Notes: generated from the sequence alone by a model not told the origin. A DNA stretch of 63,909 nucleotides, filler included, from Stramenopiles sp. TOSAG23-6 (GCA_900128565.1; 26 parts of 26 records of this genome joined end to end with filler, not necessarily neighbours in it); one strand, 5' to 3'; positions 49,462 through 61,464 are shown, numbered from the whole stretch's first letter. Numbers and translations: made by a program.

Positions 49462-51628
49462 ATGATGAAGCAAGAGAAAAGGACAAATAGGGACAAGGAA
49501 AAGCAAATACTCGTCAGTAACACGAACAACAATTTACACTTTGATGGTTCGTCAACACTCGATAATAAAGACGCAACCATACACAAATCTTCAACATCTA
49601 GAATAGCCGTGGAAGATTCACTTTTGGCAAGACATAAAATAAAACAATCTAGACTTGAAAAGCTTCGACAAGAAAAAGAAAACGCTGAACTAAATCTCTG
49701 TCAACCTCAACCAAAACTAAACAAAAAATCACTTCAAATAGTGGCAAAACGAAATCGAAAAAGTATTGTAGAGCGTAGCCAGTCTTTTATAGAGAAGCGT
49801 CAACGAAATAGAGATTCAATGAAGCATGCACAACAACTGAAAGAGTTATCACAACTAAAAAGTGCACCAACAATAAATAAGAAATCACAGAAATTAGCTG
49901 GTAAAAGAGGATTAGAATCTCAAAAAATATGGCTTTTGAAACGTGATGAAAAAGTTCGCCAAAAAAAACAAATGCTTCAACACAAAGAAGAAAAGAAATG
50001 TGAAAAACCGGAACTCATGAATAAGCACTCTAAACATTTGGTACAAAAAATGCGTAGTCAAAGTAATCAAGACTATCAGTCAGAAGACGTTGCTGAGAGA
50101 TTGATGAAAAAAGGTCAAGAATATGAAATAAAACGTCAAAAAAAAGAAAAAGAGGAGGAAAATCGTGAAAAATGAAATTCATATCCTCGAATAGATGTAC
50201 GTTCAGCTCGATATCAGAGACCTAATCGTGAAGTGCCTATTATTCAAACTAATAATACTACCGAAGCTGATGTCGAGACACCAACAAATCTTGGGATACG
50301 TATGTATGTTTTATTTTTTTTCAAATTCGAATTTATTTTTTTCGTACGAAATTTTGTACCTAACGATTTTTTTTGAAATATTTTTCCTATATGGAAGCAA
50401 AGAAGAAAGATCAGGAAAATAAATTTCGGAGGGAAATCGAAAAGAACACAAAAAGCAATTTATCTCCGTCGGGTAATCAACTGTATAAACCAACAATAAA
50501 TACAAATTCTAGAAAATTAGCCATTGCACAACAAAAAAAACTTTTTCGTTCGATGTTGAATGAAAAAGTAAATATTCAACATTCATTAGGTACAAAAGTT
50601 AGTACGGATTCAATATCGGAGGTTTCAGAACAATCACAAATATTCAGAAAAAATGGTTCAAATCATACAACAAATAGTACCAACTTGGAAGCACCACATA
50701 CTCACTATTTTGGAAAAAATGGCCACCTAAAAGATGTCACAAATGTATGTTTTATTTTTTTTTCAAATTCGAAGTTTTTTTTCGTACGAAATTTTGTACC
50801 TAACGAATTGTTTTTTCAAATATTTTTCCAAAATACATAATGTACATCGATCAAATACTTCATTTCATTTTGAGGTACCTAAAAGAGAGGTACCCAAAAG
50901 AATCAATACATCAATCATCACAGAATATGGAGTAGTACCACCACCAATATCTTTTACGATGCATTCATCCAATAATGACCATTCAAAAACATCAAAAAGT
51001 TTTCTTTATAATCAACTTAAAGAGAGATTGAATCGTCGTGATTATAATGATTATATAGATGATTTTTCAAGTGTAAAGATTTCAGTCGAGGATCGTTTAG
51101 CTGCAAAGGGAAGCGAATATAAAAAAAGGCGAGAAATGCGTATAAAAAATAAAGTACAACATCAAATTGAGTTACAACATCGAACTATTAAATCTAGACA
51201 AAACATAGTGGAGCCTAATTATACAGATCTTAATAAATCAAAGAAAATAATAATAAATAATAATGGGTCAAATGCTTTAGATACTACCGTAAATGATGAA
51301 ATATTGATGAGCTCATTGTCTCGATTGACTCGACCCATTGGTCATATAAAATCAAATACATTAAAAACTATAAAGATTCCATCATTTTCACCTGAATTAA
51401 ATAAAAGATCAATTAAAATTTGTCAAAATCGAAATTCAGAAAATATAAAGAAAAAACACGAATTTAATTGTATGCATAATAATGATGAGAAACAAATCAA
51501 AAAGAAAAAAAATGGACATAAAAATCTGACGACTTTTGATAAACAACAAAAATGGCTTGAACAAAAAAAAAAAAATACTCTAAAACTGAGACATCAAAGG
51601 GATGCGAAAGTGTATGCAGAATGTACAT
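49462..51628 (+). CDS. Basic coiled-coil protein with P.IN..S repeats (introns 50304-50392, 50745-50838, 51629-); in-frame TGA at 50173
   Basis: QPKLNKKS, APTINKKS, YPRIDVRS, KPTINTNS, SPELNKRS lie in one spliced frame. Confidence 0.7.
50304..50392 (+). mobile_element. Introner-like GT-AT intron
   Basis: AT|GTATGTTTTATTTTTTTTCAAATTCGA...CGTACGAAATTTTGTACCTAACG...TTCCTATAT|GGAA. Confidence 0.75.
50745..50838 (+). mobile_element. Introner-like GT-AT intron (near-consensus copy)
   Basis: AAT|GTATGTTTT...CGTACGAAATTTTGTACCTAACG...TTCCAAAATACAT|AAT; joins ORFs 50373 and 50734 in frame. Confidence 0.88.
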
Positions 51629-51781
51629 GTATGTTTTATTTTTTTTCAAATTCGATTTTTGTTTCGTACGAAATTTTGTACNNNNNNNNNNNNNNNNNNN
51701 NNNNNNNNNNNNNNNNNNNNNNNNNTTAATTAATTAANNNNNNNNNNNNNNNNNNNNNNNNNNNNNNNNNNNNNNNNNNNN

Positions 51782-52810
51782 TGTGCAAACCGATTTCCTC
51801 GACCAGTAGATCACGCTATATCAATCAAATCAGGAAAACATGCCATGGAGATAGACACAAAATTCAATGATGCGAGTAAATCAATTTCTGCTTATTTAGT
51901 TTCATTGATGAAGCTTCAAGGTAGTCTATTAACTCGCCTTCCTTCAACTGATCAAAAAGAGTCTGATGCGGACTCCAGTAGCGATGAAGATCAGTTATAT
52001 CAAAACGTTAACGATTTTGTGAGTAATACTAACACTACAGAAATGAATAATAATACAACAAATGGAATGCTACACACACGAGACTTGAAAGAGAATACGA
52101 ACGAAATTGACGTCGAGACTGAACAAAAAGATGAAAAACTACCAACTCCTGAAGCAATGTGGAAAGTATTGGACAAACGTTGGAATAAGCGTATACTGCC
52201 GTACGTTGGAAAGGTTGCGAATCATTTTAGTCGTAAAGCATACCTAGATACTGGTGGAGTAGAACGTGGCATACATAAAAAGAAATTGGAATTGAAAGCA
52301 TTTAAAAGATCAATTACTGAACAAGTAGACTCTGTATTAGTTGATAAACTTCGTTTAGTTCAACGAACTCAGGAAAGACGGTCAAAGTATCGTATAATTG
52401 GTGAAGGTGAAATTGAATCTAGTATTGCTTCAAAGAAAAACAAAAAGAGAAAATCACATTTTTCTGATAGTCAAGATGATAATAGCAATGAAGGAAATGA
52501 GAAAGATGTCGCTTTAACTGACGCGCTAGTGGCAGAAATTTTCGATGATACTGATTTTTATACAGATCTTCTTAATGAAATCATTCAGGGAGATGGAGAG
52601 CTAAGCATGAAATCAGATGTTAGAAGGCCTAGAAAGAAGTACAAGTCTGTAAAAAAAAATGTCGATCGGAAAGCTAGCAAAGGGAGAAAAGTTCGATATT
52701 TGACACATCCTAAACTTTTAAACTTTATGTCAGCTGTGGATGAGTTGCCAAATAGTATTGATGTTACCCGGTTGTTTCAGTCATTATTTGGTGGTTTGTT
52801 ACAAAGATGA
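51782..52810 (+). CDS. AATF: AATF/Bfr2 family ribosome biogenesis protein, 5'-truncated
   Basis: EIFDDTDFYTDLLNEII, VDRKASKGRKVRY..HPKLLNFM, LFQSLFG. Confidence 0.92.
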   Translation, partial: CANRFPRPVDHAISIKSGKHAMEIDTKFNDASKSISAYLVSLMKLQGSLLTRLPSTDQKESDADSSSDEDQLYQNVNDFVSNTNTTEMNNNTTNGMLHTRDLKENTNEIDVETEQKDEKLPTPEAMWKVLDKRWNKRILPYVGKVANHFSRKAYLDTGGVERGIHKKKLELKAFKRSITEQVDSVLVDKLRLVQRTQERRSKYRIIGEGEIESSIASKKNKKRKSHFSDSQDDNSNEGNEKDVALTDALVAEIFDDTDFYTDLLNEIIQGDGELSMKSDVRRPRKKYKSVKKNVDRKASKGRKVRYLTHPKLLNFMSAVDELPNSIDVTRLFQSLFGGLLQR

Positions 52811-52949
52811 ACAATAAATATTTCTTGGCTATTTGTTTATGTGTTAGGGTTATGAATATTTTTTTCCGTCTTCAAAAGTAATTCTTAATATATGTAATCA
52901 TGTGTAGTTTATATCTAAGTTAAACATAAATTTTCCTATATCTATAGTA

Positions 52950-54127
52950 TTACATTGGGCAACCATTTGCGGCACACCATTTTTTCATAATATGTATAAT
53001 ATTTTCACATTGAGGATTGCTGTTTGTATTTCTCAACATTTGCAATACATCTTTCATCTTTTCTTTCTGCTCTTCGCCAGCAATCACTTTTTGAAATACA
53101 CCAACACAAGATCCTCGCTTTCCATCCCAATATTCAGGATCAGGATCAAGGCGCTCGAGAACATCAAACGCTTTTGCGGCATAGAAAAAGTGACCCATAT
53201 CATAGCAGTTATTAGCTATAAGTTGAAGTAAATTGAAAGATTCATTTGAAGTATTCATCTTTAGATATAATTCCCAGGCTAGGCGAGGTTTCTCATTGTA
53301 AATGTAACACCGTGCCAGCCAGCTCAAATAGCAGTACTCTTGAGTATATCTTTCGTTCTGCACTAAAAGAAGTATTTCTTCTGCTTCTTTGTATTTATTT
53401 GTAGCGGCAAGAGCAATACCGAAATTCCAATTGAAGTTGTCATCATTATATAAATAGGCTTTAATTGATTTGAGGTATATATTTACATCTTCAAACTGCT
53501 TTAGTAGAAAAAAACAAGAAGCCATACATTGCCTCCCTGGAATTGTGTCACTTTCACTCGCAGATGCTCCAACAAGTTGAAAGTATTGCTGTGCCATTTT
53601 CAAGTGTTCCCGTGATCCACCTAATTGTCCAATGTTTGCGTTCACAACTCCTTTTAAAATATATTCCTGGGGTGTACTTGGCTCAAGATCTTTCAGAAGC
53701 TCAAAAGCCTCCTGAATATCATCATTTCGCAGGTAATATATTACTAAATTGAGCCTGGCCTCTGGAAGAAAATCTACCAAAGACGGTAAGACTTGAAGAG
53801 CATTAGCCCCATTTCGGAAAACTACCATATTATGCCTAATGAGGTCATTTTCCTGTAAAATATTACGTGAATCTGTCAGAGACTTCAGCTCAGTAGCTGC
53901 AGCCTTTCCATTGTACAGTCGAAAATGGTTGCATGCCTTCAAGTTTAAAGCAACAGCAGATTGTGGATGTGCTTGCAAGTATACTGCTAATATTTCAAGC
54001 GATACGTCATAATAGTCTAGCTTATAATAACACATGGCAACATATACATTTAAAGCAAGGTCGTCCCTATTTTCTAAAAGTAATCTTTTGTATATATCAG
54101 TTGCCTCTTGGTAGTGACCACGAAGAT
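52950..54127 (-). CDS. IFT56: Intraflagellar transport protein 56 (TTC26/DYF-13), 5'-truncated
   Basis: [60 protein letters not shown]. Confidence 0.95.
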
Positions 54128-54227
54128 NNNNNNNNNNNNNNNNNNNNNNNNNNNNNNNNNNNNNNNNNNNNTTAATTAATTAANNNNNNNNNNNNNNNNN
54201 NNNNNNNNNNNNNNNNNNNNNNNNNNN

Positions 54228-55355
54228 TTCTATCTAATCTAGGATAAAGCCATTTATTCAAACGTGGAAAATCAACGACATTTGTCACAGAATCCAACCA
54301 TGTATATGTAGCTGGCACGCTCTCTACAATAGGAGTACTTGAATTGAATTTTTGATATAAAATGTTTGTTGTAATCTTCTGTATTTGTAAATATATACAT
54401 TTTTGTTTGTAAAAAAAATCGTTAGGTACGAAATTTCGTATGAAAAAAAATTAAAAGTTTGAAATTGAAAAACGTACATTTTCTTCGTCAATATCTAAAC
54501 GTAAAGCGCTGCCAGGAGTTGTTGCATTTCTAGGAAATGGAAGGGAATGCCACTCCAACCCAAATAACTCCCCTATTGCATCCAAGTCCGTATCATGTCC
54601 AACTAAGGCTAGTGTTTTTTCTGTTTTCGTGTTCTCTGATGATAATAGAAAATCCATAATTTCAGAAGCCATTTCAAATTATAAACATCACTTTCAGAAG
54701 CTCGACCCCAAGCTACTGGCTCACCACTTCCTTGTTGCATTAAAAATGCTTCCGAAAAATCCGAAGCAACAGAGATACCCCCTGTTAAGCGTATACTAGT
54801 ATTGTTTATTTTGTTTGGTATATCAACTAGGGGGGGTGCTTGTCCGTGACCTAATATACTATCTTGAAGTTTCAGAAGTAATGATACAATGCTGCTAGAT
54901 ACAGGATTAAGATCAAAACGTTTCTGTAATTCGTGTTTTAATGTTTGGCTGTCCAACGGTGGACAAAGACCATGTCTAGTCGGAGAGAATAGTTCAGGGG
55001 CAGCTTCGTAATATGCAGGAAGATTCATTCCTGAAAGTAACGCTACCGCTGTATCGTTATCACGTTTGCACGATGTATCAACTTTCATCAATATATCCCC
55101 CGGAAAAGAATCTTTAAGTTGAGCCCCCATACTCGTAACAGTCCCAAGCCCATTGGGAAGACACTGGTAAACAGGTACAGGCCAACCCGGAAACGCATTT
55201 GAGGTGTAGTTGTTGAACTGATTAAATCCATCTGCCCCACGAACAGTTGTTGGTGTTGACCTTAGACAATGTCTGAAAATAAACACAGAACGACGAGGTA
55301 GTGCATTTACTAACACTATCATCGAAATCATATTTAGAATTGTAAGCATAGCCAT
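54228..55355 (-). CDS. Secreted histidine acid phosphatase/phytase (AppA/Agp-like); frameshift near 54675, intron 54379-54477
   Basis: Signal peptide, RHCLRSTP (RHGxRxP-like), LVGHDTD, TPGSAL. Confidence 0.82.
54379..54477 (-). mobile_element. Introner-like intron with canonical GT-AG ends
   Basis: AAT|GTACGTTTT...TACGAAATTTCGTACCTAACG...TACAAATACAG|AAG; frame stays open to the contig end. Confidence 0.85.
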
Positions 55356-55746
55356 TTTCGGAATCTTTTCAGGGAAATGATTAATAGTAGTACCCCGGTT
55401 GTAATGATCTGTCTTTTTAAAAAATCGCAAATTTCATTGACTGGCTTCAGTTGTTGGGTTGTTTAAATTTGCTACTAAATTTTAGCTACCTTTTGTAACC
55501 CCAACCCTAGACTAATAAAAAAAATAATTGTGATGAACACCGGATGACATCACTGATCAGTCGAAAATCACGTGATAATTTCAAATCTCTTTTTACTCCT
55601 CTACTCATGTACTTTTTGTACCCACCTACGTAATACTCCTCGTTGTCTTTCGTTGTCTTTCTTAAATCAAAGCCAAGGTAACTATCAACCTGTTTGACCA
55701 CACGCGATTCTACAGCCTATTGCTTTCATAAACAAGTTAAAAACAA

Positions 55747-56521
55747 ATGCTCTCGTATGGACGATGCGCTTCAGCGCGAATTCCTACAACGTATGTAACG
55801 ATTCTTGTTGTTAATTTGTAACCCCTACAATTGTGTTTCCAATTGTGTTTCCTTTGTACTTATCATATTAAAAAAAATTGACCATTTTACTACAAAACAG
55901 TATAAGAAGTCTTTCTTCCGCAGCTCGGAAACCATGTGCGCTTGTACTCGCTGATGGGACTCGATTTGAAGGATATTCATTTGGGTAAGCAACATGTCTA
56001 ACTGTGTCTCGCTTTTTACGATTTCTTTTCTTCTTCGGTGTTCTCTTTGCTTCCTTTTGGATCTTTTTGTTCTTGGAACTATACCTAACTTTTCATTTAT
56101 ACACATACATATCCCCCTCAAATAGTGCCGATGTCAGTAAAAATGGTGAGGCTGTCTTCAACACAGGTATGGTTGGGTACGCAGAAAATCTCACCGACCC
56201 TTCGTATGCAGGCCAANNNNNNNNNNNNNNNNNNNNNNNNNNNNNTATGGTGTTCCTGCAAGGGGGCGAAAAGATAAGTTTGGTTTACCTCACGGATTCG
56301 AATCCGATAAAATCCAAGTTCAAGGTTTAGTCGTCGGAGATTACTGTGAAAAAGAAAGTCATTGGGATTCGGGTTCTTCCCTCGGAACATGGCTCAAAGA
56401 AGAAGGTATCCCTGCGATCGAAGGAATTGATACGAGAGCTCTTACTCAAAAACTTCGCGATGGAGGTTCACAGATGTCGGCTATCGAATTTCCTGGACAA
56501 GAAACAGCACCCTTGGACAGT
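55747..56521 (+). CDS. Carbamoyl-phosphate synthetase, glutaminase/small-chain N-terminus with presequence (exons 55747-55790, 55901-55984, 56126-56521)
   Basis: [60 protein letters not shown]; two canonical GT-AG introns. Confidence 0.9.
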
Positions 56522-56573
56522 GTATGTTTTATATGAATTTCTAATTTAATTTTTTTTTCATACGAAATTTCGT
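56522..56573 (+). mobile_element. Introner-like intron, 5' half (contig end)
   Basis: GTATGTTTTATATGAATTTCTAATTT...CATACGAAATTTCGT. Confidence 0.8.
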
Positions 56574-57090
56574 NNNNNNNNNNNNNNNNNNNNNNNNNNN
56601 NNNNNNNNNNNNNNNNNTTAATTAATTAANNNNNNNNNNNNNNNNNNNNNNNNNNNNNNNNNNNNNNNNNNNNCTTTTTCAGCCTGTTGTTTTCTTGCAT
56701 TCTCCTCCGCAGCAGCAGCTTCTTCTTCCACTAGTTTGTTCATCATACAGTTTCTTTCCTACTTTGTCTTTGACTGAAAATTTTACGTCACATTCCACAG
56801 AAGCAATGAAGAGAATAACTACTAACACATGGCACAAATTTAACTTATATATACTTGTCATGTTAGTCTAACAAATGCAATGGCATTATCATTATTATGG
56901 TAATGTTGAGTTGACATCATTTTAACCTAAAAAAGTTGATTGAATTTATTGAATTCAAAAAAATGACCATCCGAAGATTTAAAATTTTGAGTCAGCGCAT
57001 GCATGCCATGATGAAAATTAATACAAGCGGTACCTTGTAACCTACTACAGGTAGTGATTTAATCAGCAGTAACCTTTTTTCATATTTCAA

Positions 57091-57516
57091 ATGCTTTCAT
57101 TTTCACATCTAGTGGTTGGCATAGTCACCACTGTTGGTTTCATGACCTTCCTTACACATAAGGCTATTACGGATCCAAGAATAAATCCACTTTATCCCCG
57201 TGGTGATTATGCAGATATATTAAATGAACCTCTTGAGCCTCACCCAGTTGGAAAGGCTCTACAAGCTCTCCTGCGTTCACAAGATCAGAAGAAGGTTTCT
57301 GAATTAAACTTGCCGGAGACTCCAGAAGAATTAGAGAAAGAAACTGAGGTTTTAATTAAAATGATTCGAGATCTGGAAGATGTATCAGATAACAGGGAAT
57401 TGTTTCAAAAACTAGAAGCTGCTTTTTGGGACAACTTTTTAAAACATGGTGGGGAATCCCTTGAGAAAGTGTACGATGCACTCGTAGAACGTTTTCCAAA
57501 TATTCAAAAAATATAA
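57091..57516 (+). CDS. Hypothetical protein with N-terminal transmembrane helix
   Basis: Complete 141-aa ORF. Confidence 0.6.
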   Translation: MLSFSHLVVGIVTTVGFMTFLTHKAITDPRINPLYPRGDYADILNEPLEPHPVGKALQALLRSQDQKKVSELNLPETPEELEKETEVLIKMIRDLEDVSDNRELFQKLEAAFWDNFLKHGGESLEKVYDALVERFPNIQKI

Positions 57517-57689
57517 GTAGTTTTAGTGAATGTGCTCTTCTTGAGAATCAACATCATATTAAAGTAAGGAAAAAATATTAACAAGTTGTTGCCCTAAGGA
57601 GTCACACACATGTCGTGGTGCCTACGGTAGATTTTTTTATCATTTAAAAAAAATATATTTTTTCAATTAAAAGTAATCATGTAAAACAT

Positions 57690-58925
57690 TTATTTTTTTG
57701 AATTCAAAACAGACTTAACAGCATCTCCAACACGTTGTGCTCCAATAGCAAGATCATCTGCATCATAGTAGGAGAAAGAAAGTCGTAAATAATTTCCCAT
57801 TGCATCACCAAAGCTAGCACCTGGCAAAAACTGTACTTTATGTATTTCTTTTCCAGCTTCAAGTACATCAACAGCTTTTATACTTTCAGGAAGTTTTACA
57901 AGAATAAAATAACCACCATCAGGCACTTCATATGAACAACCACTTGGAAGACTTTTATCAAGAGCTTCCATTAAAACTTTCGCATGTTGCCAAAGAGTAT
58001 TTCTTGTCCATGCGAGGTGATCTCTTTGAGCCCCACTATCAATTGCTTCATGGACTATTGAGGACATCACTGGATTCATTCCACCTGAACTATCTAACTG
58101 ACCACAGCTAAATAAGGTATTTAATAGATCCGGGTTTTTACTTTGTATCCAACCCATTCGTAATGCAGGAGCAAGAATCTTTGAAAATGAACCCATTGAC
58201 ATGACAGTTCCATCGGTACCGTCAGCATCAAAGTGACACATAGCTGGTGGTGGACATACGTCTGGAAACGTCAATAAATGATACACTTCATCAGCTAAAA
58301 TTTTGAAACCATATGTCCTACTGAGTTCGCATAACCTTTCACGCTTTTCAGCAGACATTGTTCTACCAGTTGGATTGTGGGCTGTTGGAATTGTATAAAA
58401 AAACTTTGGAATCTGCCCGGCTTTTAACTTCTTTTCCAAAATATCGAGATCTACTCCATCCTGTTCCATTGGGATCTGAGTAACATTAAGCCCAAAATCC
58501 TTGAATATGCTCAAAGCAAGAAAGTATGAAGGTTCTTCGGCAAACACAAGGTCGTCACGATCAATGATCAAAGAGCAAGTGAGTGATAAACCACCTGTAA
58601 CTCCAGTTGTAGCAAAGACGTGCTCTGGGGTCACTTCATATCCATACCCTTCCGTTAAGAATGACGCCAGGGACTTTCGAAAACCTGGGTAACCTGAGAT
58701 GTAACCGTACTGCAATAATAAAGGATCTGTTTCTGAAAATTTCTCAGTTGCACATTTACGAATTAAATCCAGCGGAAGCATAGATGGTGCAGGCTGACCT
58801 ACCTGAAAGTTGACACTTTCTTCCACTTTGGGGATGAAGTATTGACCATACTTGGGTAGACGAGCTAGTGCCGGACCAGCAGTAGAGAACAATCGAGAAC
58901 CATATTTTCTAGAAACAGCAGCCAT
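57690..58925 (-). CDS. PLP-dependent class I/II aminotransferase (ARO8/LysN-like), probable mitochondrial presequence
   Basis: LQYG..SG, EEPSYF, IPTAHNPTG, ADEVY, GSFSKILAPALRMGW, LRLSFS. Confidence 0.92.
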   Translation of the reverse strand: MAAVSRKYGSRLFSTAGPALARLPKYGQYFIPKVEESVNFQVGQPAPSMLPLDLIRKCATEKFSETDPLLLQYGYISGYPGFRKSLASFLTEGYGYEVTPEHVFATTGVTGGLSLTCSLIIDRDDLVFAEEPSYFLALSIFKDFGLNVTQIPMEQDGVDLDILEKKLKAGQIPKFFYTIPTAHNPTGRTMSAEKRERLCELSRTYGFKILADEVYHLLTFPDVCPPPAMCHFDADGTDGTVMSMGSFSKILAPALRMGWIQSKNPDLLNTLFSCGQLDSSGGMNPVMSSIVHEAIDSGAQRDHLAWTRNTLWQHAKVLMEALDKSLPSGCSYEVPDGGYFILVKLPESIKAVDVLEAGKEIHKVQFLPGASFGDAMGNYLRLSFSYYDADDLAIGAQRVGDAVKSVLNSKK

Positions 58926-59119
58926 TGTAATAGTAAAATATAAATAGTATGATCGATCGTCAGTGGCAATCTAAATCAAAAGTCTGCTATTTTTTTGACC
59001 ACTCATTTGATTTTGGTTTNNNNNNNNNNNNNNNNNNNNNNNNNNNNNNNNNNNNNNNNNNNNTTAATTAATTAANNNNNNNNNNNNNNNNNNNNNNNNN
59101 NNNNNNNNNNNNNNNNNNN

Positions 59120-59172
59120 TACAAAATTTCGTATGAAAAAAAAATTGGAATTTGAAAAAAAATAAAACATAC
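59120..59172 (-). mobile_element. Introner-like intron, 5' half (copy 61565-61617)
   Basis: AAT|GTATGTTTTATTTTTTTTCAAATTCC...CATACGAAATTTTGTA. Confidence 0.8.
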
Positions 59173-59670
59173 ATTTGCTGCCTGAAACAGTGGATCCGCA
59201 TCTTCTAAACCTGCTCTTATCCATTGATCAATTGCTTCTGCAGTACATTTTTCTGGGACGTCTAATAATGATATTATGGAAGCACCCTTAAAATTTACAT
59301 CCATTTGAGCATCCTGTTCAGAATATTTTTCTGGTTTCATGAAAATGGAGTATAAAACAGGTTCCTTTATACATTTTGTTGCCCATTCATGTGGAAAGAG
59401 TATGGTCCCATTGGGATCTTGGATATAATAACTTCGACATTCAAATATAGAGTCGATATTTTTTTGTAGCAATCGCGTTCGAGGAACCCTTTTGATTGTT
59501 TCTGGTTTGTCATGTACACCTATTCGTATCAAGTGCATTGCAGCTGGATTATTCTTTTGTGGATCTTTTACGACTTCTTCCTTTCGGTTGAATTCAGGTT
59601 TTTTAAATTCAGGCATTTTTTCTGGTGGAGAGGGTGGGGGTTTATAGTCCATCCCCTTTGGAGCTGCCAT
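59173..59670 (-). CDS. Hypothetical protein, first exon
   Basis: Open frame from ATG 59670 to the family intron. Confidence 0.65.
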
Positions 59671-60068
59671 TTTAAAAGAATGTAAACAATTTAAGTTTCT
59701 GTGACCTTTGAGTGTAGTACCTATATGTAGAATGCTATTCTTTACAAAATGAAAAAGAACACGGACGTTGAAATATTTAACGGAAAGAAACTGTCACTTT
59801 ACTACTACTCAGTATAAATACTTTTTAATTACTACGTAGTAGCGTCCTAACTGTGGTAGTAGTCCATATTACCGCATGCATCTACTACATATTCAATAGC
59901 TCATATTTTGATAATGCAATATTCTTAAAGAGACATGACGTTTTTTGTTTGCATTGGTGCTTGTTCATTACTTGATTAAGACGAAGACGAAACATCAGCC
60001 CTGTTTTATGCAATAGTTTACAATTTTATAATTTTGTGTTGAAGCAAAAGGCTAAAATAAACAGTCAA

Positions 60069-61384
60069 ATGAGTTACAGGAAAAAAGATAAAAATAATCA
60101 AACACAAACTATTTTGACAAAAAAATACACAGTTGGTCACAGAAATCCTTCCAGAACTCGAACATATCGACCTGCCAGTGCGCCACTTAGACGATTCAAT
60201 CCTCAGTCACCTAAAAGAATACAAAAAGATGCTCGAAGCATACACAAAGATGCTCGAAACATAAGTACAAATAGTCAGTCGCCACGTACACATACACGCA
60301 ATCGCCCACCAAGACTACTCAAAGGCAATACAAATAGCAGAGTTGCGTGGGCATCATCAAACTTTGGTGCAAGAAAATGGAGAGCTTTGAAGGGAAATAG
60401 TAGATTTAGTTTTGTAAAAAATGTTCGCAGTCAGTGCTTTCGCCAAAGAGACGGGTTGAAAAATTTCAAAAACAAACCAGCTACAAAACAAATAGTACAA
60501 CAGAAGAAATTAGTTGATACATTTGATAACATTTCTCCATCTGCGTCAGGTATTTCGGATCACTCTGTAGATTTTATGAATTTTGGTGTACAGAGTACTC
60601 ACCTAACCCCTAACCCTAGAGCGATAGATAAAGATTCATACAATCGTACTCATATACCAGCGAATAGAAAACCGATATTAGTTGTTAAAAATCCCTTGGA
60701 AAATATTTCCACCAAAATCAACGACCCAAAAAAGACAATAAATTCCGTGAAATATAGTCATAGTACTCATTGCATTAGTACTGAAAATTCGAATGAGACA
60801 AAAACCGCTATTGTAGCTCCACCACATTTAATTACAAATGATAACATATGTAGTTTCATGGATAAAAAAATAGATAATACACAAATCATCATGCCTTCAA
60901 AATCAAACTATATACAACATCAACTAAAGCAAAACGAGGTTCAAGAAAATGTAAAACGTCAAATACAAATACGTCAATCAATAGAAGAAAACAATTTATT
61001 GTGTCAATCAAGCACAAAATATGAAAAACAAGAAAAGAAACGAGTAATTATAAAAAATACCCATAAAATACGTATAAAAAAGCAACAACGAGAAAAAGAA
61101 TTGGCAAGTCTACGCGCAATTATTCAACCATTATCATCATCAAAACCGTTTACTGGTACTGGATCTTTGCATTTTTATAAATTGGGAAAAGTACTTGGTC
61201 AAGGTTCATTCGGGTGTGTACGCCTTGCATCCCATAGACTTACAGGTACTAAAGTTGCAATAAAAACATATGATCGAGATCAATTTCAAAATTGTTCAGT
61301 GCAAGCTTGGGCACAAGTTCAACGCGAGTTCCGCCAAGAAGCTGCCATTCTATCGACTATAAAACATCGAAGTATCGCAAGATT
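60069..61384 (+). CDS. CAMK-group (MARK/SNF1-like) Ser/Thr kinase with long basic N-terminus, first exon
   Basis: YKLGKVLGQGSFGCVRLA.H.LTG.KVAIK, EAAIL..IKH..I.RL. Confidence 0.85.
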
Positions 61385-61464
61385 ATATGTTTTATATGAA
61401 TTTCTAATTTAATTTTTTTTTCATACGAAATTTCGTACCTAACGAATTTTTTTTTGAAATATTT
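61385..61464 (+). mobile_element. Introner-like intron beginning AT instead of GT, truncated (copy 63830-63909)
   Basis: AGATT|ATATGTTTTATATGAATTTCTAATTT...TACGAAATTTCGTACCTAACG; otherwise matches the copy at 56522. Confidence 0.78.

Noticed and set aside
50173-50175. Alternative genetic code
   Set aside because: TAA and TGA terminate conserved genes at expected positions, and conserved ORFs have no internal stops.
54660-54700. Programmed frameshift in the acid phosphatase
   Set aside because: GCTTCTGAAA is repeated around the break and sequence seems missing; an assembly deletion is more likely.
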